Positions 46,828 through 57,196 of a DNA stretch of 64,000 nt are shown here, one piece after another. The position numbers and the translations under genes were made by a program. The notes beneath the pieces were generated by a model. That model saw only the letters and a list, made by a program, of their open reading frames with translations, had not been told where the DNA came from and ran no database searches. Position 1 is the stretch's first letter; each line of letters starts with the position of its first letter. Source of the stretch: an uncultured virus (IMG/VR IMGVR_UViG_3300027921_000114) (taxonomy: Duplodnaviria; Heunggongvirae; Uroviricota; Caudoviricetes); the IMG/VR virus record IMGVR_UViG_3300027921_000114; one strand, 5' to 3'.

Positions 46828-47579
46828 CCGATCTGCACGATGCGACCGAACTGGCCAAGCACCGCGTCATATGGTTTCGTCGAATCAGCCAGTAGCGAGC
46901 CTTCCATTTCAAACTTGTTGTACTCGTTCGAAATCAGCGCGAGCTCCTTCAAGGGATCAAAGGCCACGCGGTAGAGCTCGACCAGCACCTTGGCGTTGCC
47001 CTGCGCGGTGTTGAGTCCTTCCAGACGCAAATAGCGCTCCGGCAACGGCTGCGTGAAGATGCCAATTTCGGAGACGTCACCGAACGTGTAGCTCGCCTTG
47101 AACGGAGCAGTAAGACCCGTGGTGTCCAGAAACTGGATGGCACCGAAGTCGGCATCGGCGGTGTACTGCGTGCCCAGCGCAAGGGTGGCTGGCGTGCCAG
47201 TGGAGTCCTTGACGATCAGCGCCGACACCTTGGGATGCGCCAAAAAATAACGGTCGCCGATCACCGCAATCGCACCGCCTACCGGTTCATCGGTCACCGT
47301 GCCGCCTGTCGTTGCCACGTGCGTGCCGTAGAGGGCCAGTGCCAAGTTTTCCTTGGTGAATTCCTCGATGGCAAGGCTGATGCTGGCCGATTTGCTTTTG
47401 ATCATCCGGTGGTCGAGCGAGCGCTGGCCGGACTGCGATTCGTAGTGCTCAAGCACTTCGGTTTTCAGGGACAACTTCAGGTCGGCGACGTTGCCCGGGC
47501 TGCGCACCTCGGTCGGGTTGCCGTTGAGATCGCGCTTGCCGAGATAGACCCGGCCTTGGAATGATGCGTAGTAACTCAT
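46824..47579 (-). CDS. major tail tube protein
   Basis: QGRVYL..GNV.DL; position in the operon. Confidence 0.8.
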   Translation of the reverse strand: MSYYASFQGRVYLGKRDLNGNPTEVRSPGNVADLKLSLKTEVLEHYESQSGQRSLDHRMIKSKSASISLAIEEFTKENLALALYGTHVATTGGTVTDEPVGGAIAVIGDRYFLAHPKVSALIVKDSTGTPATLALGTQYTADADFGAIQFLDTTGLTAPFKASYTFGDVSEIGIFTQPLPERYLRLEGLNTAQGNAKVLVELYRVAFDPLKELALISNEYNKFEMEGSLLADSTKPYDAVLGQFGRIVQIG

Positions 47580-47773
47580 TTGGATTTCTCCTCATTACGT
47601 GAAAAGGGTTTCGGGTTGGGTTCCACCGTGGCAGGCGTGGCGGTCATGGCAATGGCTCGGGCAACACCGGTGTCGATCAGCCACTGCGCCAGATCCGCAT
47701 CCAGCGCGATGACGGCCAGCGGCGGGTACGCGATGCCCGCGTGCGTGTGGGGCTTCAGGAGTTCAATTTGCAT
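47576..47773 (-). CDS. small hypothetical protein
   Basis: ELLKPHTHAG..WLI..GVA; GAGG RBS. Confidence 0.7.
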   Translation of the reverse strand: MQIELLKPHTHAGIAYPPLAVIALDADLAQWLIDTGVARAIAMTATPATVEPNPKPFSRNEEKSK

Positions 47774-47777
47774 GGAT

Positions 47778-48221
47778 TCATCCTCGGATTGAGAGATCGG
47801 CGGCCAGCGTGCGGTAGGTGATCTGGTAGCGCGCGGGGATGGCGGCGGCCGTGGCATCGGCATCCTCCACGTCCCATTCGCCGTCCAGCTCTTTCAGCCC
47901 CAGACACAGGCCACCCAGATTGGCGTTGGCAAGCAGCGCCGCGTGGACGCTCACCAGAAGCCGGTCGGCAATCACCTCCGGTGTTTCACCTGCCGTTTCC
48001 CTCGCCAGCGCCACGATCCGCACGACCAACTGCCGTTCAACACGGTCGTTGGGTCGCTGGGTAATGGCGTCTGATTCGGGGAACACGAGCAGTGCGGGAG
48101 ACTGTTCGCGGGTGATGCCGGTGGGTGGTGAGCGCAGCAGTTGGGCTCCCTGCGCGGCAACGACGGGCGCAAGCAGGCCCGTCACCGCTTGCAGAATTTG
48201 CTCGCGGATTGAGTTAGCCAT
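47778..48221 (-). CDS. tail terminator-like protein
   Basis: SIREQIL..YQITYRT; position. Confidence 0.7.
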   Translation of the reverse strand: MANSIREQILQAVTGLLAPVVAAQGAQLLRSPPTGITREQSPALLVFPESDAITQRPNDRVERQLVVRIVALARETAGETPEVIADRLLVSVHAALLANANLGGLCLGLKELDGEWDVEDADATAAAIPARYQITYRTLAADLSIRG

Positions 48222-48228
48222 AGCAGAC

Positions 48229-48513
48229 CTACAGTCGGGTAAGGGAGGCGCGGGCCTCGGTGCCATCACCCATCGCGCTGACTTCCCGCACGCGATAGGT
48301 GATGCCCGCAATCTCCAGTGCATTGCCAGCCGCCAGCAGCGGCAACCGGCTCAGGGGATAGCGGATGGTGTAGTTGCGATTTACGCCCAGCCCATCCAGC
48401 ACGTCTTCATCAGGCGCACGGAAGTCGACCATCACCTCAAGGCTCCCGCTGACCGCCCGTATCAGCAGCCCCGCACTGGCGGCTGCGTCGTAGAGCGTCT
48501 CGATGCCCGCCAT
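48229..48513 (-). CDS. head-tail joining protein (FII-like)
   Basis: Small beta-type protein after the capsid gene. Confidence 0.7.
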   Translation of the reverse strand: MAGIETLYDAAASAGLLIRAVSGSLEVMVDFRAPDEDVLDGLGVNRNYTIRYPLSRLPLLAAGNALEIAGITYRVREVSAMGDGTEARASLTRL

Positions 48514-49517
48514 CAGGCCGCCAGCACCTTCACCAGCACGGCAGGACGATGGCACATCGGCAGCGGGTTGGATTGGGTGTGAATGTCGGTGCCACGCTCG
48601 AACTTGCGTGGCTCCTGCTTGGCGTAAAGCGGCTGCCCCAGTGTGTTGGCCGTCTCGTTGAAATCCGCAGGCGAGAAATACGTGGCGAACGTGTCCACCG
48701 TGCCCAAGGGAAAAGCGTGCCCCTCACCGGCTTCAATGAAGCGATGGACGTTGTCGTCACCGTCGCTGGCTTCCCCGGCATATTCCTCGAAGGTAATACC
48801 CGCGAAGGTGAAGCCAGAACGCATGTCAGAGCGCAGCGCGAAGCTGTCCTGCCAACGGTCGTAGGCGGCAACCACCTTCTCGTGGCTGGTGAACGCGTCG
48901 AAGAATTCCTCGGAAACCAGGCAGTGAACACCGCTCATGCGCTCGCCCTTGAGGTTTTTCTCAAGGTAGCGCTTGAGATCGAGGCACTTCTTCTTGATGT
49001 CCGTGCCTGCTGCGCCCAACTGGAAATTGACCACCTTCGGCGTGATGTCGAACAGGTCGAAGAGGTTGTACAGCTCCGACCCGTCGGCATCGAGGATGAT
49101 GCCTTTGAGCGCGCCCATGCGCAGGTGCTCCAGCGTAATGGCGTGCTTGTTGCGCATCGTTTGCAGGTGCTCGGCCATCACGGAAGCGACGGTCTGCAGT
49201 TCCGATTCAGAACCGAATGCACGGATACCCTGGACTTCTTCTGGCAGAACCACGTCATCGTGCGGGATGTGGGGGATGGCGAACGAGCGCAGCTTGCGCT
49301 TGCCACGCTTGCCAACCGTTCCGGGCGAGCCGACCGGCATCGTCGGCAGCAAGGTCAGGATGCCGTTTTTCTCCTCCACGACCACCGAGCGAAAGCGCAC
49401 CGGCTTGGAAGGGAACAGGCCCATGCTGTCCATCAGACCGTAGTTGTTGGGCAGGATGTTGATGGCGGCGGTCAGCGCCGACATCGAGAACGCGGGATTT
49501 TCAAAGGGATTGTTCAT
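48513..49517 (-). CDS. major capsid protein (lambda gpE-like)
   Basis: LTAAIN, EHLRMGALKG, QSNPLP..RP. Confidence 0.9.
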   Translation of the reverse strand: MNNPFENPAFSMSALTAAINILPNNYGLMDSMGLFPSKPVRFRSVVVEEKNGILTLLPTMPVGSPGTVGKRGKRKLRSFAIPHIPHDDVVLPEEVQGIRAFGSESELQTVASVMAEHLQTMRNKHAITLEHLRMGALKGIILDADGSELYNLFDLFDITPKVVNFQLGAAGTDIKKKCLDLKRYLEKNLKGERMSGVHCLVSEEFFDAFTSHEKVVAAYDRWQDSFALRSDMRSGFTFAGITFEEYAGEASDGDDNVHRFIEAGEGHAFPLGTVDTFATYFSPADFNETANTLGQPLYAKQEPRKFERGTDIHTQSNPLPMCHRPAVLVKVLAA

Positions 49518-49519
49518 TT

Positions 49520-49897
49520 TCAGACTCCTTTACGAACGAGAACGCCGAGGCTCTTGAGTTGCAGAACGGCTGACTGCTTCTCGGCGAGAGTGATGGCAAC
49601 GGGCCAGACCAGCGCGTGGTCGGCAACGATGGCGTGACGCGCCACCATCAGTCCGTCCTCACGGTCGATGAGCGCCGCGTCACACGGCTGCATCAACACC
49701 CCGGCGGCGTACTGGGTGCCGTCAGTCGCGGAGGGGTCGATCTGCTTGACCTTGCCGGTGGCAGTCACGATGGCGACCACCGCACCTAAGCGCAGTGTCT
49801 GGCCGGATGCGACGGTGATTTGGTCGCGGGAATAGAGATTCGGCGCTTCATATTTCAAGAGGTCGCCGAGATTGAGTCCTTCGGTGATGGCTGTCAT
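49520..49897 (-). CDS. head decoration protein
   Basis: YSRD.IT, ATDG...AAGVL; sits between protease and capsid. Confidence 0.8.
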   Translation of the reverse strand: MTAITEGLNLGDLLKYEAPNLYSRDQITVASGQTLRLGAVVAIVTATGKVKQIDPSATDGTQYAAGVLMQPCDAALIDREDGLMVARHAIVADHALVWPVAITLAEKQSAVLQLKSLGVLVRKGV

Positions 49898-49898
49898 A

Positions 49899-51119
49899 TC
49901 AGTTCTCCTTGCCAGCACGGGCACGAGCGGCCATCACCAGCGGGTTTTCGTTGAGGGATTGGGGCGTGGGATGGGTTGCATCCGGCACGATCCGGCTGGT
50001 GATTTCCGGGCTGTCCGCGCGGGCGTTAAGCAGTTGGCTGCGCACTTTGGTCGGCATCGTTCGCGCCGCGAGGTAAGCGGCGGTGCGTTCAGGACAACCG
50101 GCGAGCGCACACAGTTCGGCGACCTCCTGGGCGTCGTCGATGGTCATCAAAGGGGTGGGCGGCGCAGGATTAGCGCGATCAGGATCAGCGCCAGTCCCAT
50201 CACCAACAGGGGTTCCGGGTTCATTCATGAAAGTCTCCAGTCTGAGTTGCGAAGAAATGCCTTGTGCGGCCGCAGACATCGGCAATACAAGACCTTGAGA
50301 AAGTGAATCGGTGAACTCGGCCAGCACGTCGTCGAAGGTGCCGACCGCGTCGGCCAAGCCAGCGGCTACGGCATCGGCCCCGTAATAAATGCTGGCCTCG
50401 GTGGCGCGCACGGCATCTGCCGAGACGCCGCGATTGCGGGCAACCGTCTCGACGAACAGGCCATACACACGCTCGACTTCGTTTTTGAGGAAGGCGTGCG
50501 CCTCGTCGGAAATCGGCTCGTGCGGGTTGAGATCGTTCTTGCGGGCCCCGGCGAACACGGTGGTGTAACGAACGCCATCCTTGGCATCCTTCACCGATTG
50601 GTCGGCGTGCATGGCAATGACACCGATTGAGCCCACGCCGCCGGTGCGCGTGACGATGAAGCGACTGGCCGCTGAGCCGATGGCATAGGCCGCCGAGAAC
50701 GCCATATCGTTGGCCAGCGCCCAGACCGGTTTGCGTTTCGCCGCTGCCGCTACCCGGTCAGCCAAATCGAACACGCCGCCGGATTCACCTCCGGCACTGT
50801 CAATATCGAGCAGGATTGCGGCGACGTTCGGGTCGGCGACCGCTGTATCCAGCATCGTGGCCAGCCCTTGGTAGCTGGCCATCCCCGATTCGGCCTCGAG
50901 TCCGATGGCGCGGCGCACCAGCGTGCCGTAAATCGGCAGCACAGCAATGCCCGTCGCACCAGCCGGTGGCGAGCGGGACGTAATCGGATTGGCTGGCACA
51001 GCAGACTGAGGCAGTCCAATGCGCGGCCCGAGAACAGCAAGAATCACTTCAAGTTTCGGGCGATGAATCATCAGCGGCGCACCGAACAGGCGCGCCGCCA
51101 TGTGTGGCAACAGGTTCAT
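49899..51119 (-). CDS. S49 prohead protease/scaffold (gpC-like)
   Basis: DIDSAGG, AFSAAY, GSIGV. Confidence 0.9.
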   Translation of the reverse strand: MNLLPHMAARLFGAPLMIHRPKLEVILAVLGPRIGLPQSAVPANPITSRSPPAGATGIAVLPIYGTLVRRAIGLEAESGMASYQGLATMLDTAVADPNVAAILLDIDSAGGESGGVFDLADRVAAAAKRKPVWALANDMAFSAAYAIGSAASRFIVTRTGGVGSIGVIAMHADQSVKDAKDGVRYTTVFAGARKNDLNPHEPISDEAHAFLKNEVERVYGLFVETVARNRGVSADAVRATEASIYYGADAVAAGLADAVGTFDDVLAEFTDSLSQGLVLPMSAAAQGISSQLRLETFMNEPGTPVGDGTGADPDRANPAPPTPLMTIDDAQEVAELCALAGCPERTAAYLAARTMPTKVRSQLLNARADSPEITSRIVPDATHPTPQSLNENPLVMAARARAGKEN

Positions 51120-51128
51120 GGGAATCTC

Positions 51129-52616
51129 TCAGGCAGGAGGCGTTGCGATATCGCCAAGGGCGGCGTTGGGTTCTGCACTGCCGCCGTCCTTGGACGTGCG
51201 GCGCGGGTCGGAGTCAAAAATCAGGCCCAGTTCATCTGCCCGCGCGTTGTCAGCGGCGATCTCGCGGTCGACGTCCTCGGCATCCATGCCGAAGGCCGAA
51301 ATGGCTTCCGAACGCGACATCAGGCCCGCGCGAATCGCGAGCAGCATCGCTTTGAATTCCTTCTCGGGATCGACCCACTGCCAGCCCTGTGCAATCCATT
51401 TGCAGGCGGCGTACTCACGGCGGCGGCGCGTAAATCCGGGCGCTGCGATGGCTCCCGACAACACAGCCTGATCCAGCCATGCATTCCAGACCGGACGGCA
51501 CATCTGATGAACCAACACGCCGTGCTGGATGGCCTCCATACGACGGCGAAATTCCAGCAGACCGGCACGGATTGACGAGTAATTCACCCCGGACAAGTCA
51601 CCCGTCAGTTGTTCGTAGGTGACGCCGATGGCGGAAGCCACCGCGCGGAATTGCGTGCGCAGAAACTCACCGTAGGAGCCGCCGACATCGGCAGGGTCGG
51701 AAAATTTCACGTCCTCGCCGGGTTCCAGAATCTGCAGCGTGCCCGGCTCCAGCCCTGCGAGGGCGATGCCGTTGGGGTCGGAGAGTCCCTCGCCCATGAG
51801 GTTGTCTTCGGGTGACTGACGGGTGATGAAACCGGCGAACATCGCGGCGGTTTTCTTGCGCACCAGCTCGGCGTCGTCGTACTGGTCAAGCTCGTTCAAC
51901 TTCACCAAGGCGCGGGAGAGCCACGGCTCGCCGCGAATCTGGCCGGGACGCAGCACGCGATAGAGATGCATGATCTCTGCCGCTGGCACCCGCACGGTGT
52001 CCTGGCCGCCCTGCGCCGACATCGGCGACAGGCGTCCATCCTCGGGGTGGGAACGGTACAGGTGGTACGCCACGCGCCGACCCATCGCATCGAACTCGAT
52101 ACCGGAGCGGATCACATTACCCGAGGGCAATTCGGTGTTCAGCGTCAGCGGCAGGTGTTCGGCCTCCAGCAGTTGCAACTGCAAGGGCACGACCAGACCA
52201 TCCTCGGGACGGCGGGGTCGCAGGCGAATAAGACACTCCCCGCCCTCGCACATTGCCCGGGCCGCCAGCGACTGCAAGCCGTAAAAATCCGTCTGGCCCG
52301 TGGCGTCCGCTTCCTCTGTCCAGTCACGCCAGAGCGCCTGCACTGCGACGCGGAAAGTCTCATCCTGAGCGGTCGATTGCGGTTTGATGCCGGTGCCGAC
52401 CGCATTGGCGACGAAGGCTTCGATGCCTGCATTCGCCCAAGCATTGCGGCGCACCAGATCCCGCGATTTCACCCGCAGTTCGTTGGAAGTCGCCAGCATT
52501 GCGGCCACCGCGCCAGGGTTGCCGGGCATCCACGCCTGCGCGCGCCGACCACGACCCGCCGCCTCATGGACAGGGCCACCCCCGAACAGGGTGCGAATTT
52601 TCGTGACCCAGCTCAT
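51129..52616 (-). CDS. portal protein, lambda family
   Basis: SRDLVR, GQIRGEPW, NYSSIRAG, WVDP.KE. Confidence 0.95.
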   Translation of the reverse strand: MSWVTKIRTLFGGGPVHEAAGRGRRAQAWMPGNPGAVAAMLATSNELRVKSRDLVRRNAWANAGIEAFVANAVGTGIKPQSTAQDETFRVAVQALWRDWTEEADATGQTDFYGLQSLAARAMCEGGECLIRLRPRRPEDGLVVPLQLQLLEAEHLPLTLNTELPSGNVIRSGIEFDAMGRRVAYHLYRSHPEDGRLSPMSAQGGQDTVRVPAAEIMHLYRVLRPGQIRGEPWLSRALVKLNELDQYDDAELVRKKTAAMFAGFITRQSPEDNLMGEGLSDPNGIALAGLEPGTLQILEPGEDVKFSDPADVGGSYGEFLRTQFRAVASAIGVTYEQLTGDLSGVNYSSIRAGLLEFRRRMEAIQHGVLVHQMCRPVWNAWLDQAVLSGAIAAPGFTRRRREYAACKWIAQGWQWVDPEKEFKAMLLAIRAGLMSRSEAISAFGMDAEDVDREIAADNARADELGLIFDSDPRRTSKDGGSAEPNAALGDIATPPA

Positions 52617-52846
52617 CAGAACCCCTTTCCTGTGGTGACCCGGATCTGTCGTGGCGCGCGTGGGTAGAGGCCGGTGGCCACCGCATCCTTGTGCATTGCC
52701 GTTTCAACTTCGGTGATGGCGTCCTTTAGCTCCTCGACGGTGCGATATTCAACTGTCTTGTCGCCGAAAGTGACGCGCTTCTCGCCCTTGGCCAGCGCAT
52801 CGCGCAGTGCCTGCAGCTGCACTTCGGTGTAGGTCGGCGTGCTCAT
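52616..52846 (-). CDS. head completion protein (gpW-like)
   Basis: G.KRVTFGDKTVEYR; precedes the portal. Confidence 0.8.
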   Translation of the reverse strand: MSTPTYTEVQLQALRDALAKGEKRVTFGDKTVEYRTVEELKDAITEVETAMHKDAVATGLYPRAPRQIRVTTGKGF

Positions 52847-53235
52847 CGATAGACCACTACGTTGATTTCCGTCGCATCCGCCAGCGACCCGGCGCTGGTT
52901 ATGCAAACGATGTCGAGGGTGGTCGTGGTTTTGCCATCGGTGGTGCTGCGTGCCGCAGCAAAACGGATGGTTCCGGTGGCGACATTGCTGCGTCCGGTCG
53001 CCACCCAGCAGTAGTCGGTATCGGCGAAGGGGGTAGTGAACGTGACCCGGTACCGACCGGAGGCCAGTCGCGTGACGCTCGCCACGTTGAAGGCTGAGCG
53101 CAACTGCATCGCGCTGTTCGCATAGCCAAAACTGGCCCACGCCCGGGCAAGCCCCGGATGGTCTGGGCGGATCAAGCCTTTGACCTCGGTGCCAATGCGC
53201 GTGACCAGCGCCGACAACTGCGTGACGAGGCTCAT
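52843..53235 (-). CDS. fibre-tip-like protein
   Basis: ARAW..FNVASVT..GRYRVTFTTPF.D.DY. Confidence 0.7.
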   Translation of the reverse strand: MSLVTQLSALVTRIGTEVKGLIRPDHPGLARAWASFGYANSAMQLRSAFNVASVTRLASGRYRVTFTTPFADTDYCWVATGRSNVATGTIRFAAARSTTDGKTTTTLDIVCITSAGSLADATEINVVVYR

Positions 53236-53238
53236 TGC

Positions 53239-53730
53239 TTACACCAGCGCCGCGTTGAAGATTGCAACGAAATCGGTGTTGGTGTCGCCGATGTCGGTGG
53301 CGGCCACTGCGCCGATGTTGCTGCGCGCCTGCGTCTGCTCGGGAACGGTCAGCGTCTGCGCAGCGTCGAAGCGCACCCGCTTGTCGATGGCGGCCGTCAG
53401 CGCGGCGATACCGGTCTGGTCGTTTTGCAACGCCTGCTGGAGTTCGAGCAGCGTGTCGAAGGCCGGATCGGCACCGCCGAGAATGTCAGCCTTGAGCGCA
53501 TCGAGCACCGAGACAATCTTCGACGACGAGTAAGTGCTGGTGGTGGCCACCACCACGTCATCGATAGCGACCGCAGTGAGGATGGCCGACTTCAGTTCAT
53601 TAATCGCCGCGACCAGACTCGACTTGTCGGTTGTGGTCAGGGCAGTCAGCGTGCCGGTGCGGCCTTTGACGGTATTGAACTCGTCGGCGACGCGCAGAAC
53701 AAAGCTGTTGAGTTGGGTTTGCAAGCTCAT
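53239..53730 (-). CDS. fibre-shaft-like protein
   Basis: LVAAINEL, GADPAFDTLLEL, QARSNIGA fibre-type motifs. Confidence 0.7.
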   Translation of the reverse strand: MSLQTQLNSFVLRVADEFNTVKGRTGTLTALTTTDKSSLVAAINELKSAILTAVAIDDVVVATTSTYSSSKIVSVLDALKADILGGADPAFDTLLELQQALQNDQTGIAALTAAIDKRVRFDAAQTLTVPEQTQARSNIGAVAATDIGDTNTDFVAIFNAALV

Positions 53731-53755
53731 GGTGGTGGTTCTCCAGTCAAATGAA

Positions 53756-55717
53756 TCAGGTCAGCCAGCGACTGCGGATAACGCGTCGTCCGGTTTTCGG
53801 GGTTGCAGAAGCACTGAGGCCACCGCGTTGGGTGGCCTCAGAGGATTCGTCGATAGGCATTTGCCCCTCGGTGGGCGGTGGTAATCCGAGCTGTCGTTCC
53901 AATTCCCGCCAATGGCGCTCCTCGAAACGGTCGAGGCCCGCAGCCGATGCGGCGGCCCTCGCGTACACGTAACAGTCGAGCGCTTCATTGCGCTCGCGCA
54001 TCTTTTGCCACTCGCGGATGGCAAAGCCATTGCGGTCGCGGCGCGTGATCAATTGCTCGGCACACAGTTGCTGGATGAATTCGGCATCAATCTTTGGCAG
54101 ATGAACGAATCCGGCAGGAAATGTGGTGGTCACACCATCCTCCAGCACGTCGGCGGCCTTGCGCAGGTTGTTGTAAAACTCCAGCTTGGCGATGCCCACT
54201 GCCACCGAGAACACCTTGATGCCCCGGCGCAGCTTCTTGCCGCCCTGCGAAACATCCACTGCCGTCGGCGTACCAATGAGCGCCGCGCCGCGAGCGACAC
54301 CCTTGACCGGCATCACCCGTGGATCGCGGCAGGCGCGCACGAAGGTGTAGGCCTCCTGCGTGGCAAAGCCGGTGTCGAGCGCGAATCGCGCCAGAGGCAG
54401 CGCCGCGCCCGACTCGTGCGTCCACGTCTGGGCAATCAATTCAGCCAACCGTTTCCACACTGCGTCGCGGGCGGTGTCGCCCATCAGGACACGGTGCTCG
54501 ACCAGCCACGACTCCTTGCTGCGCCCGAAAGCCCAGATCGATGCCTCAATGCGATCCTTCTGCACGTCGGCACCGCCAACCAGCAGCAACCCGCCGTTGG
54601 GCACTGCGCCGATGCGGTAATCCTCCCGGCGCTCGACCAGACGTTGCCAGTCAGGCGCTTCACCTTCCTCGACCCACGTCTCGCCCAGTTCAGTATTTTT
54701 GAAAGTCTTGATGGCGGCCGCCGATCCCGACTCCTTGCTCACGGCGCTCTCCCACGCGGCGGCGATATCGCGCCAACTGCGCCAGCCGACCGGGCTGTAC
54801 AGCGACGAGAGGTGGAAGCCTGCGGTCTTGCCTGCGCCGTCGGTAACCATCGCACGCCATTCGCCGTGTTCCAGCATCCACGTCTTGTGGTGCTCGGCAA
54901 TCGGCTCATCGCAGGACTCACACACGTAGGCCGCCGTTTCCGGCTGACCTTTCTCCCAGCGCAAATGCTCAAAGCGCATCCATTGCCGGTGTGCGCAGTG
55001 CGGGCACGGTACAAAGTAGCGGCGCTGGTCGGATGCCTCATATTCCCTCTCAATCGCCGACGCCCCCGAGATCGTCGGAGTCGACACAATGAAAATCTTT
55101 CGGCGCGCGAACGTGCGCGTACGGGCTTCAGCCAGCGAAATCGCATCGCCTTCGCCCTCGACGTCAATCGGATAACCATCCACCTCGTCCAGGAACAGGT
55201 AACGCACCGGCATCGAGCGTAGGCCCACCGCGCTGTTGGCACCGGTCATCACCAGAACGCCACCCCGAAACTCCTTGGCCAGAATGGTGTTGCCTGAGTC
55301 GCGCGAGCGCGCCGGAGCGATCAGTTCAGACAGTGCTGCCGATTCCTCGATCAGCGGGTCGATTCGCTGCTTGGAATTCCGCTTGGCCATATCCACTGTT
55401 GGCCACACGGCCATCATTGGCCCGGGCGCGTGGTGGATCACGTAGCCAATCCAGTTCGATCCCATCTCGGTTGCGCCGAGCTGGGCGGCTTTCATGAACG
55501 CCACGCGCTCAACCGGCGAGGTCGGCGAAAGACAATCCATGATGGCTTTCAAATACGGCGTGCGGCTGGTGCGCCAGCGTCCCGGCTCGGCGGATGCCTT
55601 GGACGACAGCATCCGGTGCCGATCCGACCACTCCGATACCGTCAGCAGCGGATCGGGCGTCAGTCCTTCGCGCCACGCACGCTCGATCTCGGCGGCCCCT
55701 TCGTAATCCATTTCCAT
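53756..55717 (-). CDS. terL: terminase large subunit (lambda gpA family)
   Basis: KAAQLGATE, LFLDEVD, STPT, DVQ, DTG, NEALDC. Confidence 0.95.
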   Translation of the reverse strand: MEMDYEGAAEIERAWREGLTPDPLLTVSEWSDRHRMLSSKASAEPGRWRTSRTPYLKAIMDCLSPTSPVERVAFMKAAQLGATEMGSNWIGYVIHHAPGPMMAVWPTVDMAKRNSKQRIDPLIEESAALSELIAPARSRDSGNTILAKEFRGGVLVMTGANSAVGLRSMPVRYLFLDEVDGYPIDVEGEGDAISLAEARTRTFARRKIFIVSTPTISGASAIEREYEASDQRRYFVPCPHCAHRQWMRFEHLRWEKGQPETAAYVCESCDEPIAEHHKTWMLEHGEWRAMVTDGAGKTAGFHLSSLYSPVGWRSWRDIAAAWESAVSKESGSAAAIKTFKNTELGETWVEEGEAPDWQRLVERREDYRIGAVPNGGLLLVGGADVQKDRIEASIWAFGRSKESWLVEHRVLMGDTARDAVWKRLAELIAQTWTHESGAALPLARFALDTGFATQEAYTFVRACRDPRVMPVKGVARGAALIGTPTAVDVSQGGKKLRRGIKVFSVAVGIAKLEFYNNLRKAADVLEDGVTTTFPAGFVHLPKIDAEFIQQLCAEQLITRRDRNGFAIREWQKMRERNEALDCYVYARAAASAAGLDRFEERHWRELERQLGLPPPTEGQMPIDESSEATQRGGLSASATPKTGRRVIRSRWLT

Positions 55718-56244
55718 CAATCCACCCTCGGACGCAGCTCGCCCAACTCCTGCAGGTGCTCGCGCACGGCGGCCTCCAGGGCCACGTGCATCGCGTGCGG
55801 ATCGATGCCGAGCTTGGCAGCCATCTGTGCCGAAATACGTGCTGGCCAGTTGAGCCAAGCATCGCGCTCGGAACGCGCCAGCTTGAAAACGTGGGCGATG
55901 GCCTGCGGCCGATCCACCAGTTCACCCTTGAGACGGGCCAGCCGCACCTTGTTCGTCTGCGCCTTGACCACCTCGTTGACGGTGCGCGCCTGAAGCAGCG
56001 ACGTGCCGCCCGATGGCAGCGCGGCGGTCTGCTCCCCGGCGCTCTCCCGCACGGCAACGCTCTCCGCGCGCTGTTGTGTTCCCTTCTTTTGGGTGTCCGT
56101 GTTGCGTGCCCACTCGCGGTCGGCACGGTCAGGATCGATGGTGCCGTCAGCCTCGGGCGTTACCCGACCGGCACGAATCGCCTTGTGCACGGCGGTGTCG
56201 GTGACCCCACGGTGACGGGCGTAAGCGCGTATCGAAATTCCCAT
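55717..56244 (-). CDS. terminase small subunit (Nu1-like)
   Basis: N-terminal HTH, coiled coil with GELV; directly upstream of terL. Confidence 0.75.
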   Translation of the reverse strand: MGISIRAYARHRGVTDTAVHKAIRAGRVTPEADGTIDPDRADREWARNTDTQKKGTQQRAESVAVRESAGEQTAALPSGGTSLLQARTVNEVVKAQTNKVRLARLKGELVDRPQAIAHVFKLARSERDAWLNWPARISAQMAAKLGIDPHAMHVALEAAVREHLQELGELRPRVD

Positions 56245-56284
56245 CGGCCTCTTCAATCATTTGTTCGTCATTCCAGTGGATTCA

Positions 56285-56315
56285 GCTTGGCTTCCATCTG
56301 GAACAGCGCGTTCAT
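56285..56315 (+). promoter_or_regulatory. bipartite motif copy 6
   Basis: GCTTGGCTT-CCATCTGGA-ACAGCGCGTTCAT, 34 nt before ATG 56350. Confidence 0.75.
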
Positions 56316-56349
56316 ACGTTCGTCATCCACTTTTTCAAAGGACACGGAA

Positions 56350-56556
56350 ATGAGCCAGATCGAAACCATCCTCACCCTGATTGCGCAGAAGCACCTCGGC
56401 ATCGAAACCCTGGAAACGCGCAAGTCAGACAGCCTCGACTTCCACGACACGGCGGTCTGGTGCATCCGCGACGCCCTCGAAGCCGCGTTCAAAGCGGGTG
56501 CCGAACTCGGTGCGTCGTTGCCAAAGGCCACGGAGTCAGAGATTGCCAACAGCTGA
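56350..56556 (+). CDS. DUF6900-like small protein
   Basis: IA.KHLGIETLETRKSDSLDFHD.AVW. Confidence 0.8.
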   Translation: MSQIETILTLIAQKHLGIETLETRKSDSLDFHDTAVWCIRDALEAAFKAGAELGASLPKATESEIANS

Positions 56557-56585
56557 TCGAAAGACAGCGAAGCCAAGCACGAAAC

Positions 56586-56616
56586 GCTTGGCTTCAGCCC
56601 CAAACAGCGCGTTCAT
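56586..56616 (+). promoter_or_regulatory. bipartite motif copy 7
   Basis: GCTTGGCTT-CAGCCCCAA-ACAGCGCGTTCAT, 34 nt before ATG 56651. Confidence 0.75.
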
Positions 56617-56650
56617 CACATCACCATCAACCACCTCGAAGGAGCACCAA

Positions 56651-57166
56651 ATGACCACCACCCAACTCACCGTCAGCCAGCACGCCGTCCTTGCCCACGC
56701 CATCCACCACAGCGATGGCAAGCTCGACTGGTTCCCAGACAACATCAAAGGCGGCGCGCGCAAGAAAGTCCTCGACGGACTGTTCAACCGCGCCCTCATC
56801 ACCACCGACGGCAGCGACTGGTTCGTTGTCGCCGAGGGCTACGACGCCCTTGGCTGCGAACGTCCAGCGCCTGCGCCCTTGGCAGCAGACCCCGAGATCG
56901 AGGCCGCCGTGACGGCCGCAGAGGCCACGTGGGCGCAAGAGCGCACCGACACCAAACCCCGCACCCGCGAGAACAGCAAGCAGGCCACCGTGATCCAGAT
57001 GCTGCGGCGTCCCGAGGGCGCAACGGTGCGCCAAATCTGCGAAACCACCGGCTGGCAAGCGCACACCGTGCGCGGCACCTTTGCCGGTGCCTTCAAGAAG
57101 AAACTTGGGCTCGCCATCCTCTCGGACAAGACCGACGGCGGCGAGCGCGTGTACCGGATCGCGTGA
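56651..57166 (+). CDS. DUF3489-like winged-helix protein
   Basis: SKQA.VI.MLRRPEGAT..TGWQ.HTVRG..KKKLGL..RVYRI. Confidence 0.85.
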   Translation: MTTTQLTVSQHAVLAHAIHHSDGKLDWFPDNIKGGARKKVLDGLFNRALITTDGSDWFVVAEGYDALGCERPAPAPLAADPEIEAAVTAAEATWAQERTDTKPRTRENSKQATVIQMLRRPEGATVRQICETTGWQAHTVRGTFAGAFKKKLGLAILSDKTDGGERVYRIA

Positions 57167-57196
57167 TCCAGAAAGATTGAAAATAAAGCCAAGATC

